Shown one piece after another: positions 12,751-24,092 of a stretch of 64,000 nucleotides of DNA; positions within the stretch are counted from its first letter, which is position 1; every line of letters starts with the position of its first letter. This stretch comes from Rhynchobatus australiae (lineage: Eukaryota), in assembly GCA_034780895.1 (NCBI GenBank), contig JAUZTB010000017.1, forward strand, positions 47,183,138-47,247,137, in the 5' to 3' direction. The translations under genes and the position numbers were made by a program. The notes below the pieces were generated by a model that worked only from the letters and a program-made list of their open reading frames with translations, did not search any database and had not been told where the DNA came from.

Positions 12751-13128
12751 TGGTCCGTTCAAGCGACCTCACTGAGAGTTTTCTGAGGCATCTTACAAAC
12801 ATAAAGATGGACAGACATAGAGTACGGAAACTTGCAATTCGGCCAACACGTCTGTGCCGACAATGAAACACGACTCCCACTTACCAGCACTTCGTGAAGA
12901 ATCATGAGAGCGACACAATTTGGTATCATCTTCAGGGGTCCACGACGGTGAGGGAGTAGAAAGTTAAATCATTATGGTGAATTGTGGAGAAGTTACTTCG
13001 GGGCGAAGAAAAATCCAACTGAATCTATTTTAGTTTATATCGTGAATTCTGCGCAAACAAATTATTTTTCTTTATTAATGATCGGTTGCATTTTAATATC
13101 AATTGAAATTAATTTTATCTTCCTCAAG

Positions 13129-13440
13129 TTCGAGTGGTGCATCATCCAACCGTCATCATCACCGTAAATCCCAATGAGGAAATCAAAACGAGCAGACAAG
13201 GGACCGCCGTGTGTTCTGTGACCGATTTCCGACCAGCGCAACTAACCGTAAACTGGCTGAAGAATGGACAGCCTCTGGATTCAGACGTCGTCACCAGTCC
13301 CGCCTTTGAGGCGAACGGGAACTTCTCCGCGACAAGCCAGGTGACATTCCCAGCCGGAGAGTGGTTCAGTGGTTCAGTCTATACCTGCCAGGTCAGCCAT
13401 GAAGAGGACACGCAAAGCAGAAACATCAGCGTCTCTCGAG
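13129..13440 (+). CDS. IGHM: IgM constant exon CH2
   Basis: Acceptor ctcaag|TT. Encodes HPTVIIT...[21 protein letters not shown]...[14 protein letters not shown]. Donor G|gtaaga. Confidence 0.94.
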
Positions 13441-13705
13441 GTAAGAGACGCATCCCTGGAGTGTCCTAAATGTCACAGTGAATGCGGTCTTCATTCCAAG
13501 GTGGAACTTCACTGACATTCGGTCACCCCCCGACAAAGGTTTTAATTCCATTCTGATGTTTCTTTCTGCTCCGAGACAGAAAGTGTTTGCAAGCAGAGAC
13601 TTCGTGCCGGAGGGGGATCCTCTCTTGCTTCGAGTGTGGAGGGTGAACCTCAAATTCCATTTTCTGTTGCTGGAACTTGGCCTGCTTTTTATTTCTCTCT
13701 TTCAG

Positions 13706-14014
13706 ATCGTAACTCTTGCCAAGAAGAGCAGATTACAATTCAGCCGCCGCCACTGGAGCAGGTCTTACTTGAAGCGACCGTTACATTAGCCTGCGTCGTC
13801 TCCCATGCTCCTTATGGCATCCAAGTGTCTTGGACACAAAGAAATAAGCCTTTGAAATCTGAGATTACCTTCCAGCCCGGAGCTGCCCCCGACAGCGTCA
13901 TCAGCAACCTGAACATCTCGACGCAAGCTTGGCTGAGTGGGGACGAGTTCCATTGCATCGTGAGCCACGAGGAAATGCCAACTCCGAAAAGGGCTTCCAT
14001 CCGCAACGAAAAAG
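13706..14014 (+). CDS. IGHM: IgM constant exon CH3
   Basis: Acceptor ttcag|AT. Encodes [33 protein letters not shown]...VSW...[17 protein letters not shown]...PTP. Donor G|gtgagg. Confidence 0.95.
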
Positions 14015-14339
14015 GTGAGGCGGGGCTGGTGGAGGGGAGACGGTGGGGCGGACCGTTCTGTTTTTCTTGTGAGAAAAACAGAAGTATTGAGGACGCTCAG
14101 CTGGTCAGGCAAAAGGCTTGGAAGGAAATCCAGGGCTAATGTTTGATGAAACGCGATTGTCAGGCCCCGTAAAGGGAGAAAACAAGTGGCAAGTAGCAAG
14201 GAAAGTGAGCGAGTCATGGACAGGACAATGTGGGCGATCGGGTGAGGTCAGGATTACCACGATAATAAGGTGAGCTGCCGTGAAAATAGGGTGAAATAAA
14301 TTAATGAGGTAATTTGGAGGATGATGGAACAAATAAGGA

Positions 14340-15807
14340 GGCCGAATTTATTGCATGATGCCGATGAGTGTCACGTCAGTGACAGGGAAGCTATTGCAGA
14401 GGATTCCGAGGGATAGGATTTATTAGCTTTGGAAAAGCTTGGCCGAAATCGGGAGATTCAGTGTGGCTTTTTTGGCCGCAGATCATGTCTTCCAAACGAT
14501 TAAGATTTTCGAGGCAGTGACGAAGGTGATCGATGAGGGTAGTGCCGTGGATGTTGTCTATAAGGATTTTAGTAAAGTGTTTCCCAATGTCACTCACCAG
14601 AAAGTTCATCCAGAAGATTAAGATGCATGGGTTCCACGGCGACGTGGCTGTTTCAATGAGGAATTGGCTGCCCACTGAAGTCAAAAGGTCGATCTATTTA
14701 TTCCGGCAAGAGGTCCGTGACTGGTGGTGTTCCGCGGGGGTCGGTACTGGGCCCCTTGTTATTTGTGATTTGTAAAAATGACCAGGACTAAATTGTGGAT
14801 GGGTGATTTACTTAGTTTGTCGACGATGCAACGACTAGTTGTGTTGCAGATTGTGTCGAAGATTGCAAAAGGAAACAGCGAAATAAAAATCTGTTGGAGT
14901 GGAGGACGGAAAGATAGTGGATTGATTATAATCCTGCCAAGTGTCAGGTATCACACTTTAGAAAATCAACTGTAAAGAAAGCAGACAGTTTAGGCAGGAA
15001 CCTTGACAGCGATGACGTGCAAAGCGATAATGTGGTCCAAGACAATACCTCCCTGAAAGTGGCCGCGCCATATTGTGTGGTAAAGAAGGCGTATGGCATG
15101 TCTCTCTTCACTGGACAAGGCATTGAGTTCAAGAGCCAGAAAGTTATGGTTGCAGCTTTCTGAAACTCTGGTTAGGCCGCATCTGGAATATTGCATTCAG
15201 TTCTGGTCGCCGCATTATAGAAAAGATGTCGAGGCATTGGAGACAGTGCAAAAGGGGTTGACCGTGATGCTTCCTTGATTAAAGGTCATGTGGGAGAGAG
15301 AGAGGTTCAAAAAATGTTGGTAGTTTTTTGCTGGATCAGCGGAGGCAGAGGGGCGACATGATAGAAGATTTTAACATTATGAAAGGTACGGTTGGATTCG
15401 ATAGCGTATATCTTGTCCCCCAGGATGTAAATGTCTAATACATGCATACATTTAATGGGGGAAGGACAAAGATCAAAGGAGATGAGCAGGGAGCGTTTTT
15501 TTACCTAGAGATTGCTGGGTTCCTGGAATGCGATGACGGTGCTGAAGGGCTCTCATTGTCATTNNNNNNNNNNNNNNNNNNNNNNNNNNNNNNNNNNNNN
15601 NNNNNNNNNNNNNNNNNNNNNNNNNNNNNNNNNNNNNNNNNNNNNNNNNNNNNNNNNNNNNNNNNNNNNNNNNNNNNNNNNNNNNNNNNNNNNNNNNNNN
15701 NNNNNNNNNNNNNNNNNNNNNNNNNNNNNNNNNNNNNNNNNNNNNNNNNNNNNNNNNNNNNNNNNNNNNNNNNNNNNNNNNNNNNNNNNNNNNNNNNNNN
15801 NNNNNNN

Positions 15808-15881
<74 letters not shown>

Positions 15882-16010
15882 GGGAGGGGTGTTAAATATT
15901 GAGAAATTGCAGGCAGAAGTGATAACTTTTGTTCGGCGTATAATTACTAGTTTAATTAGTTCGGCACAACAACGTGAGCCAAAGATCCTGTTCCTCTGCT
16001 GCATTGCTCC
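14340..16010 (+). mobile_element. Decayed CR1-like LINE in the CH3-CH4 intron
   Basis: FEAVTKVIDEGSAVDVVYKDFSKVF; TLVRPHLEYCIQFWSPHYRKDVEALE. Confidence 0.85.
15808..15880. repeat. (GT)n microsatellite
   Basis: Direct reading. Confidence 0.95.
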
Positions 16011-16659
16011 TGACGCCAGAGCACTGACGTGTCTGCCCAGCAGATAATGTTTTGACAATGGAGAGAGAAAAACCGAGCCAGTCTCACTTTCTGCATGTGG
16101 CTACTGTGGAAAAAGAAAGAGATGAGAGTTACCTGAAAACCCCAATGAAACAGCAGATGTCGGGTGTCTGAAGTAAGTTACTTGAAGGTGGATGATTCGT
16201 TATTGACTCTCTGAGTCTGCAACTCAGCCAGACGGAAGATTAACTGTTCTTCCGTCAGCTTGAATCATGTCTCGTTTTAACTTTGCTCGAGGCCAGATAC
16301 TGACAGATCAGCGTGGGAGGTGTTGAGTTGTTCTTTGTTTGTATCATGACTCTGTGAAAGCCCAACTTAAAATTCCTTTCTCCTGTTAATTCTTCTCCAC
16401 CCTCCATGCAACGTACTATTTGTTAGTGGTCCTTTTCATCATGTCTTCGCAGGACTTTCGACCCGAATCGTTAACTCCCTCCTTCATTTTGTACACACGC
16501 TGCTTGACATGCTGAGTGCATGAGAAAAATAAACTGGAATTTGAGTTTGACATTGAGTTTTCTGCAATTCAGTGATTGCAATTGTGAGATCAGTGCAGAG
16601 CATGCCAACACAGTGGGCAATTCTGAGAAAAAAAAGGAGACGGTGCTGTGTCTTTTGAA

Positions 16660-18230
16660 AAACGTCTCTCGGGACAAGTTCCAAAGGCCTGAAGGGATAC
16701 AACCAACGTTATTGGGAGAGGCAAGAGATGAGATTGTTTCGCCTTTGTGTATTTGTGCGCTCTAGCCACAGGCGATGTCCCAGAGCACTGTGAGCAGCTG
16801 ATGTTTTTCTTTGGCCAGAAGGGAAACATGGATGATCCTAAAAATTTTAAACCGATGAGTCTCTGATCATGAGATTGAAGCTGTTGGAGAGGATTCTTTG
16901 GGGTAGGATTCAGGAACATTTCTTAAAGCATACCCCAGTTAGAAATATTCAGCATGACGTTGAGTAGGGCACGTAATGCCTTACTTACCTGATTGAGTTT
17001 TTCGAGGGTTTGAGGAAAGTAATCGATCAAAGGAGAGCAGTGGATGTGTTCTGTCTGAATTTTCGGCGGTATTTCGAAAATGGTGCCTCGTGCCCGCCTC
17101 ATCAAGATTAAGATTCATGGGGTCAACCTTGACTTCGCCGTTTGGATTTGGAGTTGTCTTACGCAAAGGAGAGCGAGGGTAGTGGTCGATTGGTCGTTTT
17201 ACGGCTGGATGTCAGAGACGAGTGGAGTTCCGCGGGGATCTGTTCTGGGAAATGTGTTGTTTCGGAAAACATCAATAATTTGGATGAAAACGTGGATAGG
17301 TGGAGGATTAAAATTGCAGATGACATATAGACTTGTGGCGTTTTGGAAAGTGAAGTAGATCGCCAAATGATACGGTTGGATATTGATCAGTTGCAGATAT
17401 GGCAGGTGAAACAACAGATTGAATATAATCCTGAAAAGTATGAGGTGTTACAATTTGTGCGATCAAATGCAAAGGCGAACCATGCAGTTAATGGCAGGAC
17501 CCTTAATAGCAGTGATGTACAGAGAGATCTTGAGGTCATCTCCATAACTCCATGGCAGTGGCCGCCCAAGTAGATAGTGTAGTAAAAAAAGTTGCACGGT
17601 ATGTTCAATAGTCGAGGCACTGAGATCAAAATTCAGATAGTTATGTTACAGCTTAATAAAATCCTGGTTGCGCTTCATCTGGAGTATTGTATTAAATTTG
17701 AATAAACCCATTACAGGAAAGATGTGAAAGCTTTGGAAATGGTAAAGACGTTGACCAAGATGCCGCCCATATTGGACGGCAGTTGTTCCAATGGGAAACG
17801 AACCAATCCAGCTTTATTTTTCCTGATGCGGGGGATGCTGAGGGGAGACGGGACACGTGCTTATAAAATTATGAGGGGCACAGATAGATTGGAGAGCCGG
17901 TTTCAATTTCACAGGTCCGAAATGCTGATTTCGAGAGAGAATGCATTGAAATTGAGAGGGGACGATTTCAATAGAGACGTGCGGGACGAGGTTGTTACTC
18001 TGAATGTGGTGGGTGCCTTCAATTCCTCTTTCCGGGTGCTGCTGGAAATAGATATGGCAAAGGCGTTCAAGAGGCTCTTAAATAGACACATGAATATGCA
18101 GAGGGAAACACACCATGAGCAGGTCGGAGGGATGCGTATAACTTGGCATCATTAGCCAAATTGGTTCAGCAGAGAATCATGTGCGGAAGGACAGATTCTT
18201 GTTCCATGCTCTATGTTCAGTTTTATGTTT
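16660..18230 (+). mobile_element. Second decayed CR1-like LINE in the CH3-CH4 intron
   Basis: TSGVPRGSVLG, IKIADD, QIEYNPEKYEVLQF motifs with frameshifts. Confidence 0.8.
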
Positions 18231-18694
18231 TTATTTTAGATTTGCAGAAGATCTATTTTTTAAGCGCCCATCTTTGAGTGTTAGTTTATACAGCAAAATC
18301 GAACACATCGATAATCACTTTTATCATTTCACTTCCATTTCACTATGTCCACGACGGTGCAGGAATTAAGCGAATGTTGAGAAGTGAATGAGATGGATAT
18401 GCGGAAAAAAAGTAGCAGGAGGTTACGATGGCACATTAACACGTGCGTAGTTCAGTGCGGGCTTATGATTTGATCCTGTGTTGTACATTTCATATTGTTC
18501 CCCAGCAAACCTTGCAAATTTTTAACAGGAATGAGTCAGAGGCCTGTCTGTCTGGGGCTGGGAAGTGGCGACGGTTCGCAAGTGTGATACCCTCAATATT
18601 AAGCCCGAATCACAATTTCTTCATGTCTTAAACGACCAGCTAATCGTCCCTTCCATTCCGCAGTTTAACAAAAGTTCTCCCAATTGTTCCGCAG

Positions 18695-19086
18695 ATCCAC
18701 ACCCTCGGGAACCGTCCGTGTCTGTCTTCCTTCCGCCGACAGGTGAACTCTCCGCTCACAAATCCATCTCCCTCACCTGCTTAGTCAGAGGTTTCTCCCC
18801 TCGTCGTATCTTCCTCAAGTGGACGGTCGATGACAAGCCGGTGGATTCGCGCAACTACAGAAACACCGAGGTGATGGCGGAGAAAGACAACAGCTCCTTC
18901 TTCATGTACAGTCTGTTGTACGTCAGGGCGGAGAAGTGGACCAGTGGAGCTTCTGTCTCCTGTGTGGTGGGACACGAAAGCCTCTCCATGAAGACCATCG
19001 CCAGAACGGTCAATCGATCCAGCGGTAAACCTAGTTTTGTCAACGTTTCCCTTGTACTGTTGGACACTGTCAATTCTTGTCAATAA
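18695..19086 (+). CDS. IGHM: IgM constant exon CH4 plus secretory tailpiece
   Basis: Acceptor ccgcag|AT. Encodes [12 protein letters not shown]...[17 protein letters not shown]...SCVVGHE...[22 protein letters not shown], a shark IgM-type tail with NVS sequon and penultimate Cys. Internal donor G|gtaaac at 19024/19025 serves the membrane form. Confidence 0.96.
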
Positions 19087-19113
19087 TAATCACTCGAATG
19101 CATTGAGTTATCA

Positions 19114-19129
19114 AATAAACACGAATAAA
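19114..19129 (+). terminator. Polyadenylation signals for secreted mu transcript
   Basis: Two AATAAA hexamers (19114-19119, 19124-19129) just after the secretory stop codon. Confidence 0.7.
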
Positions 19130-20786
19130 TGCGTTTTTCTTCTAATCTTGAACTGATACCAGGACCAGTTAATTAATTGTTCCTTAATTTTGCCAGAGAT
19201 GGTTTGTAAAACCAGCACCCCTGTTTCTACCGCACCAGCGGCATGGAAATAATTTATAAATCCATCATTGTAGCATCCACGGACACATTTGAGAAATATT
19301 GCTCTTGTTGTGGGGATCCGTAACCAACCGTCCGGGGTCCCCATTTCCCTCTTTAACTATTTCCCATCCATTCACAACTGCAGAAGAGCCTCAACTACTG
19401 AACTTAGCAGGGAGCCCTGCACTCATAAACAATCTCCACCCTGCACTCCCACATCTGACGGGGAGGGAAAACAACTCCCACCACCCACTGTTGCAAGCAG
19501 CTCTTCAGTAAATGGGACGATATTGTTGCACATACTCTGACCCACAAATGTACTTCATCATTCAGAAACACATGGACGCAATCACACGAAATATTATTCT
19601 GACAGGGAACATAATGGGAGAAAACAAACTGACACCGTGTACTTGAAGCTGAACCCTTCTTGAATGCATCTTTCAAATTTTGCACAGGTCATGTGAAAAT
19701 ATGCACAACACTGCAGGTGCCGATATACAGTTTTACAAGGAGTTGACAAACTTATACAATCACAGCATTCGTTACGATGCGCACGCTGAAACATAGACAT
19801 ACATTTGCNNNNNNNNNNNNNNNNNNNNNNNNNNNNNNNNNNNNNNNNNNNNNNNNNNNNNNNNNNNNNNNNNNNNNNNNNNNNNNNNNNNNNNNNNNNN
19901 NNNNNNNNNNNNNNNNNNNNNNNNNNNNNNNNNNNNNNNNNNNNNNNNNNNNNNNNNNNNNNNNNNNNNNNNNNNNNNNNTTGCTATTATGAGAGTTAGG
20001 AGCCGAACAAGCCTCCATCGATTCAATTATGCCAATAGATGTTCATATATGGATAACTGGGAGGTCTATAACAAGGATAAGGAGTCGCCATTTGAGATCA
20101 AAATGTCAAGAAATTTCTTCTTAGAGACTGATAAAACTCTCGAGTTTCTCGAGAGTGTTCTCGTCATAAAATGCACTCCAGTTTGTAATATAGTGTTCAT
20201 TCTACTGAGATAGTAACGGATATGAGAGTCAAGTCTGAACGTAAAGTAAGGGCTAAAGATCAGAGGTGACAAGATATTTAGTGGCGAATCGGTTCCTGGT
20301 TTGGTGTAGGTTATTTCTGTCCCCAACCATCGCACACGGTCCTTTCTCGGGCAGACGAGCAGGAATATGTAACAAAATGCGAAAACGAATTAAAATATAG
20401 AATCTGTTTAAAAAAAGTACATTCTCATTCAAGCAATGATCAATACACATAAAAGGTATAAAGTGAAGATGAATATTGAAATAAAACACCTGATGAAACG
20501 TGAACATAACACGCAGAAAGGCTTATAAAACAGACGCAGATGTTGTTAAATCTCGCATCAACAAAATACACAAACACAATCTTACAGATCAATGCACACA
20601 CACAGGAAAGTCCTCACAATAATTGAACATCAATGGATATATTTGCGCAGGACATTCATTTACACACAAGCTCATGCTGACTGGTGCTGCAAGATAAGCT
20701 TCACAACTTCAGAAGCACGATTACGTGAAAACACACATATGAACCATCAGTCAAGCGCATGCACACGAGAGCAGTCACAGAAGCAG

Positions 20787-20791
<5 letters not shown>

Positions 20792-20829
<38 letters not shown>
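20792..20829. repeat. (CA)n microsatellite
   Basis: Direct reading. Confidence 0.95.
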
Positions 20830-20832
<3 letters not shown>

Positions 20833-21629
20833 GCAGGCACACAGGCACAAATATGTAACCATGCAACGGAAGCCTCACCATATCAGACGCACATGCACGG
20901 AAAAACACACATGAACATCATCCATTAAGTACACGTAGGCGCGCGCATAGCACGTATAAAAATGAACAGCCATGCATCTACATGAAACAGCCTCGATCAA
21001 TCGTCACACAAACATACACGTAAAACTCGCGTCAACGCAGTTCTTGTTCCACGACGGGCATATTGAATGTCGTACCGGATAATCAAACACGCAATGGTGA
21101 AGACGACCTCTCAATGAAATAGGTTCAGGCAATCCATTTCTCAAATTAAATTGTTATACAAACAGGGCATCTGAAATCTATATTACATGCATATTGCTAT
21201 CTGGCAAATTTCTGTCGTTCTCCATTCTGGACCGGCAAAGTGCGCAGCAACTTTTTTCGGTGCAATTTAATTGTAAAAAGGTTTTGCATCTGTTGAGTCC
21301 CTTTGTCCAACAGCGTTTACCACTTGCAAATTCGTTTTGTTCAGAAACGTCGCACAAATAACCTGCATCAAATGGTATACCACTGGAGTAACCTATTCAT
21401 AATATACTGTCATTAGACGCTGAGAGAATTAACAGGTTGTACATGAAACCGACCATGATGAGCCGCTGTTGTTGGAACAAACATTAATTGTTGAGAAGTG
21501 CCATTGACCTCGACACAAGAGGGTCATGGAAAATTCGATTCCCTGATTGAAAAATAATTAAGTAAAGGAAGGAACCATGTCCTGGACTGGACAACGTTGT
21601 GAATCTATTTCTCTTTCAACATTTCGTAG

Positions 21630-21757
21630 ATTTCACAGATAACATCGGGATTGAAGACCTGGGGGAAGACAGAAACAACATCTGTACGACCGCTTCCACA
21701 TTCATCATACTGTTCATCCTGAGTATTTCCTACGGAGCTGCCCTAACCCTGGTTAAG
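21630..21757 (+). CDS. IGHM: IgM transmembrane exon TM1
   Basis: Acceptor cgtag|AT. Encodes DFTDNIGIEDLGEDRNNICTTASTFIILFILSISYGAALTLVK, with the CART motif (TASTF..LF.LS..Y). Donor AAG|gtgagt. Confidence 0.92.
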
Positions 21758-21855
21758 GTGAGTTTAGATCACGCATTCTTCCACCTGATTTTACAAAGGT
21801 CTGTTATTTTGCAATAAAATGTCCACGCATGACCGTCGCAGAATATCGAATACAG

Positions 21856-21864
21856 GTCAACTGA
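21856..21864 (+). pseudogene. TM2 exon copy A (VN*), weak acceptor
   Basis: tacag|GTC AAC TGA followed by a 3'UTR homologous to copy B. It lacks the polypyrimidine tract present in copy B. Confidence 0.5.
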
Positions 21865-22348
21865 TGGTTCGAATCTACGAACCCTTAGATTTCTCTGATC
21901 ATCCTCTTGACATCTCAGTTGAACTGACCGAAGATATCGTAACATGAAGTGGAAAATGTAATAATCACATTTTCAGTCAGTCTGAATTGGTTGTATTTAT
22001 CTTTGTTTCAATTTTAATACCTCCAGTTGTATTATCTTTACCGGTTTCTTGAAGCTGATTCCTTCGAAAAATATTTTTCAAATTTTGCATCAATCACGTA
22101 AAAATATGATAAAACCGCAGACTGCGATATGCGGTTGAAAAAGTAGCTGTTCACAAGCATACACAAGCATATACCTCATAAATATTTACAAGCTGAAACA
22201 TTATAGCCTGACCCTGGTGAAGGTGAGTTTCATCCACACGCTCTTCCACCTGATTTGAAGGTGATGGACAAACGTCGATTATTGAGGTCCTCGTATTAAC
22301 GTCGCAGACCATTAATGTACTTATTTATTCTCCATCCTTCCTTCACAG

Positions 22349-22357
22349 GCCAAGTGA
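22349..22357 (+). CDS. IGHM: TM2 exon copy B (AK*), probable functional cytoplasmic tail
   Basis: Strong acceptor ttctccatccttccttcacag|GCC AAG TGA, giving the tail ...LVKAK* (canonical KVK-like). Confidence 0.7.
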   Translation, partial: AK

Positions 22358-22699
22358 TGGCGCGAACCTACGAACCCGCAGATTTATTCCATCATTCTCT
22401 TGATATCGTCGCTGAACTGACTGAAAAGATCGCGATTTGAACTGGAAAATGGAATGAATAGGATGTCAGTTACTGAGTCTGAATTGTTCATTATTGCGTG
22501 GGAAGCCTCTGTTGCAACGTGCATGTATCCAATACTGTTACCTTGAAAGCGAGAACCCACATGTAAATAAGTCGACGTTCTCAGAGATTTTTCAGACCTG
22601 TTCCATTCCTCCTACCAGGAATCAGACTTTTTTTACCTTTATGGTATCCAGTGCACTTGTGCAGAAAGCTGCTACCGCAAACCTTCATTCGTTCTATTT

Positions 22700-23610
22700 G
22701 GTGTCCGCAGGGATTTCACTCTTCGTGACTGCCTCATTCACTCATCCTTCCCCAGCTTTTCCCCTCGTTCCCCAGGCAATCGCCCCTGTAACCACAGAAT
22801 TTGTTAACACTCCCCACCACCTGCTCAATCATCACCACCCAGGGCTCCAGGCAGCACATCGAGGTGAGGCAGTGGTTCTCCCCTGAATCCCGCGGCGTTT
22901 GGCATGGCATTCTGTTCTCCTCTTGCGGCCTGCTCTGCATCAGTAAGACCTCACGCAGACTGTGTGACTGCTTTGTCAAGCAGCTGCTCCCTGCCCGACG
23001 TGCGAGTCGATAGCCAGCTTTTTTTAAATCGCATTTCGGTTCCCACAGCGACATGTCTGTCCATGGCCTCCTCCACAGCCAGGTGGAGGTTAACCGCAAT
23101 TTAGGGGACAGCACTTGATATTACAGCCTGGCCGCATGAATATCGAATTCTCGAACATCCTGTAACCGTTCCATTTTCGTCCCTTTCCTCTCACCTGATT
23201 CAACTGACCCCAGAAACATATCTCTTCGCCTTCTACACACCCTCCATTAGCCCATCGCTCAAACACTACTCCTCCTGGATCCTCTCCGACCACCCTCCCT
23301 TGATTTGATGCTCCACCTTCTTCTCTTCATATTCCATGTCTTCAGCCCTTTGTTCACATAAATAGCTCCTCCCGGCGTCTATCAACTTTCCCACTTCCCT
23401 CACCCTCTTAGCCCAGGCCTCTGACTTTAATCGACCTATCACCTGCAAGCTTATTATACACCCATTTCTTCACTTTTATATCCTCGCTATCTTCCCTCCT
23501 TCTTTAAGTCCATATTAAAGGTTTCGACACGGAACGTGGAGAGTCCAATTCTCATCAGAGATGTTGCCTGACCCGTTGAGCCCCTCCAGTGCTTTGTGTG
23601 TTGCACCTTC
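22700..23610 (+). mobile_element. Decayed Penelope-like element (GIY-YIG endonuclease remnant)
   Basis: EVRQWFSPESRGVWHGILFSSCGLLCISKTSRRLCDCFVKQL resembles the degenerate GIY-YIG motif VYCIRCSRCGLLYIGETKRRLGDRFAEH. Confidence 0.6.
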
Positions 23611-23890
23611 AGTTGTTATGCTCACTGACATGTTTTTTGAATGTGAAACTGATAACGCATCTTTAATGAAAGTAGAGCGAGCTTGGAATGCACCGAGTTA
23701 CTTACATGATGCCTCCTGCACATCTTCATGTTCCCCTCACAAAGATCATTTCTCTTCGCTAACAACAATGTCCATTATATAAATACCTCTCATTGAATTC
23801 AACGTCAAAATATTCTGTGAGGACGAAGCATTTGTCGTTTAGACGAATGGCTCCTCCCCCCATTTCTTTTCTCTGGTGTCTTTACAATTC

Positions 23891-24010
23891 AATAAAGAGC
23901 TGACGGTTCAGACAGCCTGCAATCCATGTTAAATACAGAAATACTATGCACTTTTTCTTAACCTTTGCAAACTTTCTCTGTAAATAGTTTTGAGTGAAAA
24001 TATTAATAAA
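23891..24010 (+). terminator. Candidate polyadenylation signals for membrane mu transcript
   Basis: AATAAA at 23891-23896 and 24005-24010, followed by T/GT-rich sequence. Confidence 0.35.
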
Positions 24011-24092
24011 AAATAGTTTCCACAGAAATCAACTCGGTTTGTTATATTTATTTCTGTGAGGCATCTTCTCGTTTCTTTAGTTTAGCTCTAAT

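Noticed and set aside
9762-19086. Assignment of the constant region to IgW or IgNAR
   Set aside because: Four C exons, CH1/CH3 motifs and the tail [19 protein letters not shown] match shark IgM. The V has a full FR2/CDR2, so it is not NAR.
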